DNA from: an uncultured Desulfosarcina sp.
GTDB taxonomy: Bacteria; Desulfobacterota; Desulfobacteria; Desulfobacterales; Desulfosarcinaceae
NCBI GenBank assembly: GCA_963674945.2
Contig: CAXXWQ010000003.1
Span: forward strand, 384,001 to 448,000
Direction of reading: 5' to 3'
Length of the DNA stretch: 64,000 nt
Position numbers and translations under genes: made by a program. Below, in pieces: positions 49,301 through 58,696 of the stretch. The stretch's first letter is position 1. Each line of letters begins with the position of its first letter. The notes beneath the pieces are model-generated. The model saw only the letters and a list, made by a program, of their open reading frames with translations, searched no databases and had not been told where the DNA came from.

Positions 49301-49398
49301 ATGCTGACGAGCCTTCCCTGTTCAAGCAGAGAGAAAAAGATGATTCCCGTTGTGATCCGCCCGTCAGCATAATCGATTTTCACAGCGGCCATGTAGAA

Positions 49399-49722
49399 AT
49401 GATCCTGAACACCTCTGGCTACATCATCACCGCCAGGGCCTATGGCACCATCGAGAATGCGGCGAGCCATGAACTTTGGTACGCCAGAGGTCGTTATCTC
49501 CAGGATTTTAAGTACCACATCGATGAAATAGATCTAATCATCACCACGATCCAAAAAGCCGCAAATGAATTGCTTGAAACTCCGTTCAATTTTGGATGGA
49601 GAGGGGTCACAAGAGTCGGCCTTGTCACGCCGATAAATGACAGATTCGTTGTCCTGCGGTTATACGCTCCACGTGAAAAGCTGGAAGATACGACTTCGGA
49701 ATTTGATAAAGCAGGAGGGTAG
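49399..49722 (+). CDS. Hypothetical protein
   Basis: 107-aa ORF after the repressor. Confidence 0.45.
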   Translation: MILNTSGYIITARAYGTIENAASHELWYARGRYLQDFKYHIDEIDLIITTIQKAANELLETPFNFGWRGVTRVGLVTPINDRFVVLRLYAPREKLEDTTSEFDKAGG

Positions 49723-49756
49723 CGCCATGAATGTTTTCAGCACTTAACCACCGTAT

Positions 49757-49864
49757 TTCCCGGGATATCTCCAACGCACCTATAATCCCACATCTCCAAA
49801 TAAAGAATTAGCTCCAAAACGATCATAGACTGAAACCGTCTATAGAATGTCAATGTTTTAAGCC
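49757..49864 (+). other. Promoter (-10 TATAAT at 49781) plus attI-like leader of cassette array 2
   Basis: Ends CTATAGAATGTCAAT|GTT; homologous to the leader of array 1. Confidence 0.55.
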
Positions 49865-49894
49865 TACTAAAAATATTAAATTAGGGAGGAAAGA

Positions 49895-50479
49895 ATGACC
49901 GCTAAAGGTGAAAAAGATGCAATTTTGTTTGCATTAGCTGAGTTGTTTGCAGCTTTAAAAGGAAACATGAATGCTAATGCGGTTCGTTTTGATGAGGATA
50001 AAATTCCAACCTATGGGCTCCGTGTTGCTGAGCAGTCTTTTGGAACGGCCTATCAGTTAGTTAACGAACAGTCGATTCCATTACCCAAACCCATCACCAT
50101 CGTTATTGAGGCTGCTATTAAGGGAGCTGGTATTGGAATAAAAGCATGGGCACAATCTATGAAAGATGATTGGGGAATGATAGCTCCGAAATGCGGCGCA
50201 CATTGTAAATTGTGCAATTCGAGAAGTACAGCTCTATACTTTAACGCTATTTCAAAAATATTTGATTATAGTATAAAAAGTAAATCAAAATGGGACAAAA
50301 AAGACGCTCAAAAAGTTTCAACAATAAGCGAAAGTGTCAATAAGTCTTTGGTTGACTATGCTGATGAGGTTGTTAAAACGAGTTCTTTCGCTAATGCCTG
50401 GACTGCATGGGACGCCTTTGGTGATAATCTATTTTCTCTTGCGGAACCATTAGCAAAGCTTCTATCAACTGATTATTAA
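49895..50479 (+). CDS. Hypothetical protein (gene cassette)
   Basis: 194 aa, GGAGG RBS; lies between attI-like and attC-like sites. Confidence 0.7.
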   Translation: MTAKGEKDAILFALAELFAALKGNMNANAVRFDEDKIPTYGLRVAEQSFGTAYQLVNEQSIPLPKPITIVIEAAIKGAGIGIKAWAQSMKDDWGMIAPKCGAHCKLCNSRSTALYFNAISKIFDYSIKSKSKWDKKDAQKVSTISESVNKSLVDYADEVVKTSSFANAWTAWDAFGDNLFSLAEPLAKLLSTDY

Positions 50480-50489
50480 AACATACTGT

Positions 50490-50554
50490 GGCTTATAATA
50501 GTATTAAGTGCGACGGCAAAAAGCCGTCGCACCTTATGCCGAGCTTCGTTAGAA
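50490..50554 (+). other. attC-like site with degenerate R''
   Basis: GGCTTAT..GTATTAAGTGCGACGGC AAAAA GCCGTCGCACCTTATGC..GTTAGAA. Confidence 0.65.
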
Positions 50555-50572
50555 AAAACAGAGGAACAAAAT

Positions 50573-52021
50573 ATGATTACTGATTTGCTATCCCCCCAAC
50601 TTTTCGGGAATGAGGCAGGTGAAGATGAAGATCTATGTCTTCTGAGCTCATACTTTGTCGACAAACCTCTCTTCAAACCTTTTTATAGTGATCAAAACAA
50701 ACTCATGATTGCTCGTGCCAGAAAAGGGATTGGCAAATCGGCACTTTTAAGGAAGACATTTGCTGGAGTATGTGATTCAGATACAGATATTGCTATTTAT
50801 TTAAAAGGTTCAGACCTAATAGCGTTGCAACAAATTGACTCCGATACACCTCACCACTTGATATTTGGATGGCAACAACGTATTTGCTCCAGAATAACTC
50901 TAGAAATTGGAAAGAGACTGAAACTGGCTTTGTCTGATGATACAATAACACTTGTAGAAAGTGCTGAACTGGCAGGATTTAAAGGTAGGAATGTTATTGG
51001 ATCCCTATTAGATCGTCTCAAACTTAAGTTGTCGAATGCAGAAATAGAATTGTCAAAAATAACCCCTGCTGATACAACCCAACTCCTAAATCGATACTTA
51101 GAAAATAAAAAAATTAAAGTTTGGGTTTTTATTGATGATATTGATGCAACATTTATCAACACAGCAGACCAAAAACTTCTGATCTCAACATTTTTTTCAG
51201 CCTGTAGATATTTGGTAAATGATGTTGATGGCCTCATGATCCGTTCATCAATACGGTCTGATGTATGGTCTGTAATTTGCGATGACGAAGCAATGGATAA
51301 ATGCGAGCAATATATGGTTGACATCACTTGGTCAACTCGTGAAACAGGCGACATTTTGAAGAAAAAAATACTCAGCTATTTTCTTACGAAATACCCCAAT
51401 AGCAAAAAATACCAGGAAATGAGAATCTCTAAGAACAAGGGCATCCCTGTCTACAATCTTGTTTTCAAAACTCCATTTCCCTGGGGTAAAAAAATGCTGC
51501 CACCCGACAAACCTATTCATATCATGAGTGCGGGAAGACCAAGATGGGCGGCACAACTGTGTAAGTTAGCAGGCAAGCATGCCGCCACTAAAAATCACTC
51601 TCTCATTCGAATAACGGATGTATCTAAAGTAATGGATGTTTACGGAAGATCAAGGTTAAGCGACTTGTACAAAGAACATGCGCATCAATGCAGTAAACTT
51701 GTTGATATAATTGAATCATTCTCTGGGTGCCAACGCCGATACGCAACAGTAGATTTGTTAACTCACATCACGAACCGAATCATTAAGCGATTCGGCTTAC
51801 CTAAAATTGATGGAATCGAACAAGGTCGAGATAGTTTATATATTTCACACTTCTTGTTCAGAGTTGGATTTATTTATGGTCGAAACGATACAGGTGATGC
51901 GCCACTATCATTTGTAAACTATGATGAAAGGCCTGACCTTCTGGTTTCGACAGCAAATCTTGATGATGGGTTAACTTGGGAGATCCATCCAAGTTACAGG
52001 CAAGCATTAAAAATAAAATAG
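50573..52021 (+). CDS. P-loop ATPase (Sll1717/FunZ-like), gene cassette
   Basis: FGNEAGEDE, ARKGIGKS (Walker A), VFIDDID (Walker B), RPRW, IHPSYR. Confidence 0.8.
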   Translation: MITDLLSPQLFGNEAGEDEDLCLLSSYFVDKPLFKPFYSDQNKLMIARARKGIGKSALLRKTFAGVCDSDTDIAIYLKGSDLIALQQIDSDTPHHLIFGWQQRICSRITLEIGKRLKLALSDDTITLVESAELAGFKGRNVIGSLLDRLKLKLSNAEIELSKITPADTTQLLNRYLENKKIKVWVFIDDIDATFINTADQKLLISTFFSACRYLVNDVDGLMIRSSIRSDVWSVICDDEAMDKCEQYMVDITWSTRETGDILKKKILSYFLTKYPNSKKYQEMRISKNKGIPVYNLVFKTPFPWGKKMLPPDKPIHIMSAGRPRWAAQLCKLAGKHAATKNHSLIRITDVSKVMDVYGRSRLSDLYKEHAHQCSKLVDIIESFSGCQRRYATVDLLTHITNRIIKRFGLPKIDGIEQGRDSLYISHFLFRVGFIYGRNDTGDAPLSFVNYDERPDLLVSTANLDDGLTWEIHPSYRQALKIK

Positions 52022-52070
52022 ACCGAACTCCATTTCTTAATAGACATCAAAAACTGGCGCCAGAGGTCGG

Positions 52071-52183
52071 AAGGGGTCAAGTCTGCTCTTGGCTCATATA
52101 GAGATTGTGGATTGAATTTGCCCTCAATGGTCTTTAAATAGAGCAAGCTTGGATCGGCGATTTTTATCCCTATTTGGGATGTT
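52071..52183 (+). repeat. ~112-bp repeat, copy 1 (copy 2 at 53078-53189)
   Basis: AAGGGGTCAAGTCTGCTCTTG(G/A)CTCATATAGAGATTGTGG...CTATTTGGGATGTT is shared. Confidence 0.85.
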
Positions 52184-52232
52184 ATTAAGGCGTCCATAGA
52201 ATATCAATAATAGTCACAATAAAGGAAAAAAA

Positions 52233-52778
52233 TTGGACTCTTTTGAATCAATTGTGAGAACGATTTTTGAGAGTAAAGGTTACTGGGTGAAGACCTGTTT
52301 CAAAGTTGATCTTACAAAGGAAGAAAAGCGAAAAATTGGCCGCTCATCATCTCCGAGGTGGGAATTAGATGTGGTGGCTTATAAAGGAGGTAACAAAGAA
52401 ATATTAGTCATTGAATGTAAATCCTATCTCGATAGTTTAGGCGTCAAAGCTGAGAGCTTGCAAAATGGAAAATCAAAAGAAAGATACAAGCTATTCAATG
52501 AGGAAACACTTCGAAACGTTGTTTTCGAGCGTCTTATAAAACAATTGGTTGGCTCTGGGGCATGTTCCGAAGACACAAAAGTAAAACTTTGTCTTGCTTC
52601 TGGAAAAGTCTATTCAAAGGAAGATAGAGAACAATTATCAAGATATTTCGAGAAAATGGGATGGGAATTTTTTTCAGATGAATGGATTAAAAACGAATTA
52701 ATTAACTTGGCAGATTCAGGGTACGAAAACGAAGTGGCAACAGTCGCAACAAAAATCATATCAAGAAACAACGGCTGA
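52233..52778 (+). CDS. PD-(D/E)XK restriction-endonuclease-like protein
   Basis: FESIV, ELDVVAY, VIECKS. Confidence 0.75.
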   Translation: MDSFESIVRTIFESKGYWVKTCFKVDLTKEEKRKIGRSSSPRWELDVVAYKGGNKEILVIECKSYLDSLGVKAESLQNGKSKERYKLFNEETLRNVVFERLIKQLVGSGACSEDTKVKLCLASGKVYSKEDREQLSRYFEKMGWEFFSDEWIKNELINLADSGYENEVATVATKIISRNNG

Positions 52779-52803
52779 TGAAAAACAAAAGTAGGAACAT
52801 GCC

Positions 52804-53058
52804 ATGAAGATATTGATCGAAGCAGTGGCAGAAGATCCGAAGGCGGACATCAAGGAAAACACGCGTCGACAGAGAGTTATTGATGCTAATGCGATTCTTG
52901 AGGCACTACTTCTTGAATATGGCGTCGATGCAGCTCTTGAGGCTGTAGTCAATCAAGGATTCAGTGCGGGAGGCAATTATAGCACAATCGCAAAACAACT
53001 GTACGACTTTGCACTGGAACGAAAGGCCGCAAGGATGGGGAAGACGAAGTCGGCGTGA
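52804..53058 (+). CDS. Hypothetical protein
   Basis: 84-aa ORF. Confidence 0.45.
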   Translation: MKILIEAVAEDPKADIKENTRRQRVIDANAILEALLLEYGVDAALEAVVNQGFSAGGNYSTIAKQLYDFALERKAARMGKTKSA

Positions 53059-53077
53059 AATTATGGGGGTGAATGGA

Positions 53078-53189
53078 AAGGGGTCAAGTCTGCTCTTGAC
53101 TCATATAGAGATTGTGGGTTGAATTTGTGCTCAATTTTCTTTAAATAGTACAGATTTAAATCATTTAATTTGTTACTATTTGGGATGTT
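53078..53189 (+). repeat. ~112-bp repeat, copy 2
   Basis: Colinear with 52071-52183; similarity stops at GTT. Confidence 0.85.
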
Positions 53190-53196
53190 GAGCCTG

Positions 53197-53736
53197 ATGC
53201 AAAATAAGTTCAAAAAAAATAGGATTAAGAAGGTCTGCGCTTGTTGCGGAAAATATATGGGCCGTGTCACTTCGAAAAATGGTTCCGAAAATGAGATCAC
53301 TCATGGCATTTGCGGCAAATGTAAAGATAATCTGTTATTCCAGAAGGGTGTCGGTGCTAGCCTTGGTGTGTTCCTTGACAACCTGAAACGACCTATCCTT
53401 GCAGTTGATCGAGAAGGAATAATTGTCATCGCAAACGATAAAGCAAAGACGTTACTTCAAAATGGATTATCAAAAATTGAAGGGCACAATGGTTGCGAGT
53501 TGTTTGAGTGTATCTATGCGCGACTGCCTGAGGGATTTGGGAATACGGTATACTGTTCCGGTTGCACTATCAAAAGGACATTAATGGAGACATACGTGAC
53601 AGGAAGGAGTTTCCTGAAGATTCCGGTCTCACTCAATCGTGACACTTCAAAAGATCCGGATAAAATAAATTTTTTGATCTCCACCGTAAAAAACAATGAT
53701 CTGGTTTTTGTGAGGATCGATCATATGACTGCATAG
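53197..53736 (+). CDS. Cys-rich PAS-like domain protein
   Basis: CACC, ITHGICGKC, PILAVD, AND, FECIYA..PEG.G..YCSGC. Confidence 0.7.
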   Translation: MQNKFKKNRIKKVCACCGKYMGRVTSKNGSENEITHGICGKCKDNLLFQKGVGASLGVFLDNLKRPILAVDREGIIVIANDKAKTLLQNGLSKIEGHNGCELFECIYARLPEGFGNTVYCSGCTIKRTLMETYVTGRSFLKIPVSLNRDTSKDPDKINFLISTVKNNDLVFVRIDHMTA

Positions 53737-53786
53737 CCTAAACACTGAGTTCGGCCGATAAGTTTTTGCACCAATTTAGTGATGAC

Positions 53787-53809
53787 AAATTTCTGAGTCT
53801 ATCTGCAAA
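53787..53809 (-). repeat. Internal transposase-binding site of the Mu L-end equivalent
   Basis: 22/23 match to the reverse complement of 5210-5232. Confidence 0.85.
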
Positions 53810-53918
53810 TCGTTAGACATCCCTAACAGAATCCAGCCAAATTTCTTATTTTTAAATATCCTGCGCCCAGCCGCCGGAATCGTACACAACAAATACCATC
53901 AACGCGCCATAACCTTTT

Positions 53919-54120
53919 GTTATCACGTCATTCCCGACCCACACAAGTTTCACAAAAGGTCCACAAAAGTGCCATCAAATCCCCAATTCAATATTTCTGA
54001 GATAGTCTGCTCCCCCATAGTTATCACGTCATTCCCGACCCACACAAGTTTCACAAAAGGTCCACAAAAGTGCCATCAAATCCCCAATTCAATATTTCTG
54101 AGATAGTCTGCTCCCCCATA
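53919..54120 (+). repeat. Perfect 101-bp tandem duplication containing the terminal transposase site
   Basis: 53919-54019 equals 54020-54120; each copy ends ATTTCTGAGATAGTCTGCTCCCCCATA. Confidence 0.9.
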
Positions 54121-54159
54121 TTCCTTGGAGCCCCTGGCCGTATGCGCAAAGGGGGCTAC

Positions 54160-54198
54160 AAAAAAACAGGGAGAAGCTGTGAAATCGCCTCTCCCTGA
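54160..54198 (-). terminator. Intrinsic terminator after tRNA-Arg
   Basis: CAGGGAGA...TCTCCCTG stem followed by a T run on the minus strand. Confidence 0.65.
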
Positions 54199-54209
54199 TC
54201 ATTTTTATC

Positions 54210-54286
<77 letters not shown>

Positions 54287-54335
54287 GCAAGCGGTAAAGG
54301 CCATTGCGGTCGGGGCAATGGCCTTTTTTGGTTAA

Positions 54336-54412
54336 TGGGGTGAGTGATGGGACTTGAACCCACGACCCTCAGGGCCACAACCTGATGCTCTGCCAACTGA
54401 GCTACACCCACC
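54336..54412 (-). tRNA. tRNA-His(GTG)
   Basis: GGTGGGTGTAGCTCAGTTGGCAGAGC...TTGTGGC...GGTTCAAGTCC...CCA with G-1. Confidence 0.95.
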
Positions 54413-54467
54413 ATAATAAAAGAGTTCAACTAACAGATCGTATGTCCCATTTCAACCATTAATTTTG

Positions 54468-54515
54468 ACGGATTCGTAAAAAGTCCGATATCGGCGTTAC
54501 GCTTCATCCTTCGTC
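54468..54515. repeat. Family A repeat, half copy
   Basis: GACGGATTCGTAAAAAGTCCGATATCGGCGTTACGCTTCA. Confidence 0.65.
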
Positions 54516-54603
54516 TTTTATCTTTCGTCTTCAACCGCCCTCCCCGCCCCCACCTTTCCAGCAGCTATTGACCATAGAAAACGAATCATATACCCTTGCG
54601 AAA

Positions 54604-54756
54604 TGCCAACCCAGAAATGGCCAATTCAATTGTAGCTTGGGCCGATATCGGCGTTGCTTGAAACATTTAATTCTCGGAACATCAACTATATCCTTCCGGT
54701 AAAATTTTTCGGGCGCTTTGATCTCGAACAAGTTTTCCCATTTCTGGATGGACATT
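54604..54756. repeat. MITE-like repeat, family B
   Basis: AAATGGCCAAT..CCGATATCGGCGTTGC...CCGGTAAAATTTTTCG...TTGATCTCGA; similar to 63113-63252. Confidence 0.7.
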
Positions 54757-54834
54757 TGCTTTGGTTTAGGGCTATTTCAAACTGAAACCGAAGCTTGATA
54801 TGATGAATTCAACCAAAGAAGAAAAGGCAGCCGC

Positions 54835-55008
54835 TTGAACGCATTTTATATCTTCATTATCCGGGCCATTTTGGGAGCCGGTTTCGCAGTGATCCTGACA
54901 CGCATGTTTTACCCCGATACGAACATTCTCTACGTCGCCGGATTGGGGGTCATCCTCGTGGGCCTGGCGTATTTCGCAGAATATTTACGCAACCGCAAAA
55001 AACAATAA
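54835..55008 (+). CDS. Small two-TM membrane protein upstream of selB (57 aa)
   Basis: [27 protein letters not shown]...[17 protein letters not shown]. Confidence 0.65.
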   Translation: MNAFYIFIIRAILGAGFAVILTRMFYPDTNILYVAGLGVILVGLAYFAEYLRNRKKQ

Positions 55009-55036
55009 TTCGGCCATTTTTTGGAGCAGACAGATC

Positions 55037-56950
55037 GTGAAACAGATTATTCTCGGAACCGCAGGACACATCGACCACGGCAAGACCAGCCTCATCAAGG
55101 CAATCACCGGGACCAACACCGATCGCTTGAAAGAGGAACAAAAGCGGGGAATCACCATCGAGCTGGGGTTCGCCGCCCTGGATCTTCCCAGCGGCCGACA
55201 TCTGGGCATCGTCGACGTTCCCGGCCATGAAAAGTTTGTCAAGAACATGGTCGCCGGTGCCACCGGCATCGACATCGTCACCATGGTGATCGCGGCGGAC
55301 GAAGGGGTCATGCCCCAAACCCGCGAACACATGGAGATCTGCACCCTCTTGGGCGTCAAGCACGGCATGGTGGTATTGACAAAGATCGACATGGTGGATG
55401 AAGAGTGGCTCGAGCTGGTCACCGATGACATCATGGAGTTCACCATGGGCACCTTTCTCGAAGAATCGCCCATCGTACCGGTCTCATCGTTCACCGGAGA
55501 GGGCATCCCCAAATTCATCGAGGTGCTCGACGAACTTTGTCAGGATGTGCCCGAACACACCAACAGCGGCCTCTTCCGCCTTCCCGTGGACCGGGTTTTC
55601 ACCATGAAAGGTTTCGGCACCGTAATCACCGGCACGCTGATTTCCGGCCAGATCGCTGTGGGTGATTCCATCATGATCTATCCCGGCAAGATCACCTCCA
55701 AAGTCAGGGGCATCCAGGTACACAACGAGGGGCGGGAAACCGCCGCGGCCGGCATGCGAACCGCGATCAATTTTCAGGGGTTGGAGAGGGCATCCATCAA
55801 CAGGGGAGACATCCTCGCACGCGAGAACACCTTGATACCCAGCTACATGGTGGACCTGGAATTCCACTTTCTCTCCAGCAACAAAAAACCCCTTAAAAAC
55901 CGGACCCAGGTGCGCTTTCATACGGGCACCAGCGAAACCATGGGAAACATCATCCTACTGGACAGAGAAGAGATCAACCCGGGGGAGACCTGCGCGGCCC
56001 AGATTCGTCTGGATGAACCGGTTTCCCTGATACGGGACGATCGATTCGTGGTCAGAAGCTATTCACCGGTTCGGACCATCGGTGGCGGAAAAGTGCTCAA
56101 TCCCATTCCATCCAAGCACAAACGGTTTCAGAAGGATATCATCGATGGGCTCCAGGCCCTCGTGGATGCGGACACCGAGGGCATCATCGATCATCACTGC
56201 AAGATGGCAGGCCCCGCCGGGGTCACTTTCTCTCAACTGCTGCTGATGACCAACCTGCCGGCCAAGGCCCTCGATTCGGCCATCACCAGCCTCTTAAACA
56301 GTCAGAACCTCCTGTTGGCGGACAAGGAGAGCCGCGCTTACATTCACCAGGAGACGTTCAATCAACTCAAGGATCGAAGTCACACGGTGCTGGAACAGTT
56401 CCACCGGGAAAACCCCCTCAAGCCAGGCATTTCCAAGGAGGAACTGAAATCGAAATTTCCCAAGGGCGCAAGTGCAAAACTCTTTACCCTGGTGCTAAAC
56501 CGGATGATCAAAGACAACCAACTGGCGTTGGAGGACGATACGGTCCGTCTCGCCGCGCACACCGTCACGCTTCAGGTGGACGAGCAGGAACTCAAGCAGA
56601 AAATTTTGACCATCTATAAAGAGAGCAAACTGACGCCCCCCTATTTTCGTGAGATCGTCAGGAATCTGGATGTGGACGCCAAAACCGCCAAGGGGGTCCT
56701 GGAACTTCTAGTCGCCGAAAAATCACTGGTCAAGGTCAAGGAAGACCTCTATTACGATCGAAATGTCATAGATAATTTGAAGCAAGAGATTGTCGCACAT
56801 ATCGTGGCGCATGGTGAGATCTCGACGCCCACGTTCAAGGATATGATTGGAATTTCCAGGAAATATGTGATACCGTTAATCGAGCATTTTGATGCAACCA
56901 ACGTCACGATCCGCATCGGAGATATTCGAAAGCTCAGAAAGGGTCAATAA
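55037..56950 (+). CDS. selB: Selenocysteine-specific elongation factor
   Basis: [33 protein letters not shown]-terminal [13 protein letters not shown]. Confidence 0.97.
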   Translation: MKQIILGTAGHIDHGKTSLIKAITGTNTDRLKEEQKRGITIELGFAALDLPSGRHLGIVDVPGHEKFVKNMVAGATGIDIVTMVIAADEGVMPQTREHMEICTLLGVKHGMVVLTKIDMVDEEWLELVTDDIMEFTMGTFLEESPIVPVSSFTGEGIPKFIEVLDELCQDVPEHTNSGLFRLPVDRVFTMKGFGTVITGTLISGQIAVGDSIMIYPGKITSKVRGIQVHNEGRETAAAGMRTAINFQGLERASINRGDILARENTLIPSYMVDLEFHFLSSNKKPLKNRTQVRFHTGTSETMGNIILLDREEINPGETCAAQIRLDEPVSLIRDDRFVVRSYSPVRTIGGGKVLNPIPSKHKRFQKDIIDGLQALVDADTEGIIDHHCKMAGPAGVTFSQLLLMTNLPAKALDSAITSLLNSQNLLLADKESRAYIHQETFNQLKDRSHTVLEQFHRENPLKPGISKEELKSKFPKGASAKLFTLVLNRMIKDNQLALEDDTVRLAAHTVTLQVDEQELKQKILTIYKESKLTPPYFREIVRNLDVDAKTAKGVLELLVAEKSLVKVKEDLYYDRNVIDNLKQEIVAHIVAHGEISTPTFKDMIGISRKYVIPLIEHFDATNVTIRIGDIRKLRKGQ

Positions 56951-57004
56951 TCGCGCCACCGGTGATAAAACAGCCAGCCGGTCATTACGGAAAACGGAGT
57001 TGTC

Positions 57005-58342
57005 ATGGGAAACGACGAAAGCAGCCCGAAGGGCGCCGATTTCAAGAAGTTCGCGACGCCACGCATCATCGGTGGAATCGCCATTGCGATCATTGTGCTG
57101 TGGGCACTTTCCCTCATCTTCGGATCAACAGACGATACCCCATCGAAAAATGAGCAGAGGGCTTCCCACGACACCCGGGAAGCGGCACCCCATGCAGCCG
57201 GTGATGAGGAGGGGGACCATGGGGATACGTCCATTGGCGATGAAAACACCGACGACCATGTTGCCACCGACGGCCATGTGGATTCCGAGACCGTTGATAC
57301 CGCGACCTCCCATGACGCGAGCGCCGGCCAAGTTTCGACCGATCGGCAGCACACTGCCGCATCCCATGACGCTGCCGAAGATGAGAAAACAGGGCATGAC
57401 GCCTCTGCCGAACGCGAGGCCGATTCCCACGCAGCCACCAAGGCCGTAAAAAAGGAGACCGCCCACAAAGCCACCTCCCATACATCGAAAAGCGATGCCA
57501 CCGATCACATTGCATCGAAGGATGCCAAACACGACGAAGTTGCCGGGCATCCCTTGCCCGAGACCGTTATGACACCGGCACACAAGCCCACCCCCAAAGG
57601 GGTCGCCTTCGTGGAGGCGTCCATCGCGCCCTTGCGCTACGAACTGGAAGAACGCTGGTGGGGTTGGCGGCCCAATGACCTCATCAGAGTTACGGACAAT
57701 GTCAACAACTTCCAGATGGGTGTACTGGAAGTATCCCGCCGCACCGTCGTGGCCCTTGCCGAACGGATATCGCGGACCGGCACCACCGATGCGTATGACG
57801 AAAATCTCGAACAGGCCATGAACTGGCTCATGGTCAAGGCCAGCAGTTACTGGTTCCCCTCTGCCGAATCCAAATACAAAGAAGCCCTGGAAGAGATGGA
57901 AGTCTATTTGGAGAAATTAAAAAATGGAGGGGCGACGTTCTATACGCGTACGGATAACCTGATCCCCCTCTTGGCCTCGTTCGAGGACCTGCTGGGAAGC
58001 TGTGACGAAAACCTGGTAAAGACGTTTAACGAAGATGGAACACCGGTGAGCTTCTTCGCCGTGGATAACTATTTTTACTACACCCAGGGTGTGGCCAGTT
58101 CCATGGCGACCATACTGGAAGCCGTTCACCACGATTTTCTCCTGACTCTGGAGTCCCGGCACGGCACCGAATTGCTGCACCATGCCATCGTCTCCTGCCA
58201 ACGGGCAGCGGAGATAGAGCCGTGGATCATCCTGGACCGGAAATATAGCAGCATTTTCGCCAACCACCGGGCCAACATGGCCGCGCCCATCAGCCACGCC
58301 CGGTTTTATCTGGGGCAACTGATCAAGACATTGTCTACATAA
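57005..58342 (+). CDS. DUF2333 family membrane-anchored protein with a His/Asp-rich linker
   Basis: TM helix, low-complexity linker, DNVNNFQMGV, DNYFYYTQG, NHRANMA. Confidence 0.75.
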   Translation: MGNDESSPKGADFKKFATPRIIGGIAIAIIVLWALSLIFGSTDDTPSKNEQRASHDTREAAPHAAGDEEGDHGDTSIGDENTDDHVATDGHVDSETVDTATSHDASAGQVSTDRQHTAASHDAAEDEKTGHDASAEREADSHAATKAVKKETAHKATSHTSKSDATDHIASKDAKHDEVAGHPLPETVMTPAHKPTPKGVAFVEASIAPLRYELEERWWGWRPNDLIRVTDNVNNFQMGVLEVSRRTVVALAERISRTGTTDAYDENLEQAMNWLMVKASSYWFPSAESKYKEALEEMEVYLEKLKNGGATFYTRTDNLIPLLASFEDLLGSCDENLVKTFNEDGTPVSFFAVDNYFYYTQGVASSMATILEAVHHDFLLTLESRHGTELLHHAIVSCQRAAEIEPWIILDRKYSSIFANHRANMAAPISHARFYLGQLIKTLST

Positions 58343-58696
58343 TTTGGTTCGGAGTAATATCTTTCGTCTTGGCTTTCCCTGAAAGGCGTGACGCGCAACG
58401 ATTGCTGAAATCCACAGGAGTCAGAAGCCAGAATTCAGGAGCCAGAATGAATCTGATATCGCTTTGCTCCGTCTATTGGATTAGATGGATCGAGCCGAAG
58501 GCGAATACCTGATTCTGGATTCATAATTCTCGTATGAAACTACGCCAAAATGGCATTGTTTCAGTTGTCGTTCAAACCGGCCAAAGGTCGGCGGCGGCGC
58601 TGACTTCTGTCTTCTTGTAAAATCATTCGGCAGTGCCATTTACCTTTTTAACCTGGCCCTGATGACCAAGTTTTATTTATTGAATACACTTACCAT

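Larger units (their letters stand above)
5182..54118 (-). mobile_element. Mu-like transposable prophage (~49 kb including two IS)
   Basis: MuA/MuB, repressor, GemA, DUF3164, full head-tail operon; TG start at 5182 with tandem transposase-binding repeats, and inverted copies at 53787-53809 and 54091-54118. Right boundary less certain. Confidence 0.9.

Noticed and set aside
54296..54329. Hairpin between the two tRNAs as an attC or ncRNA
   Set aside because: A simple GC stem with a T tract, lacking R boxes and extrahelical bases; an ordinary terminator or processing stem.
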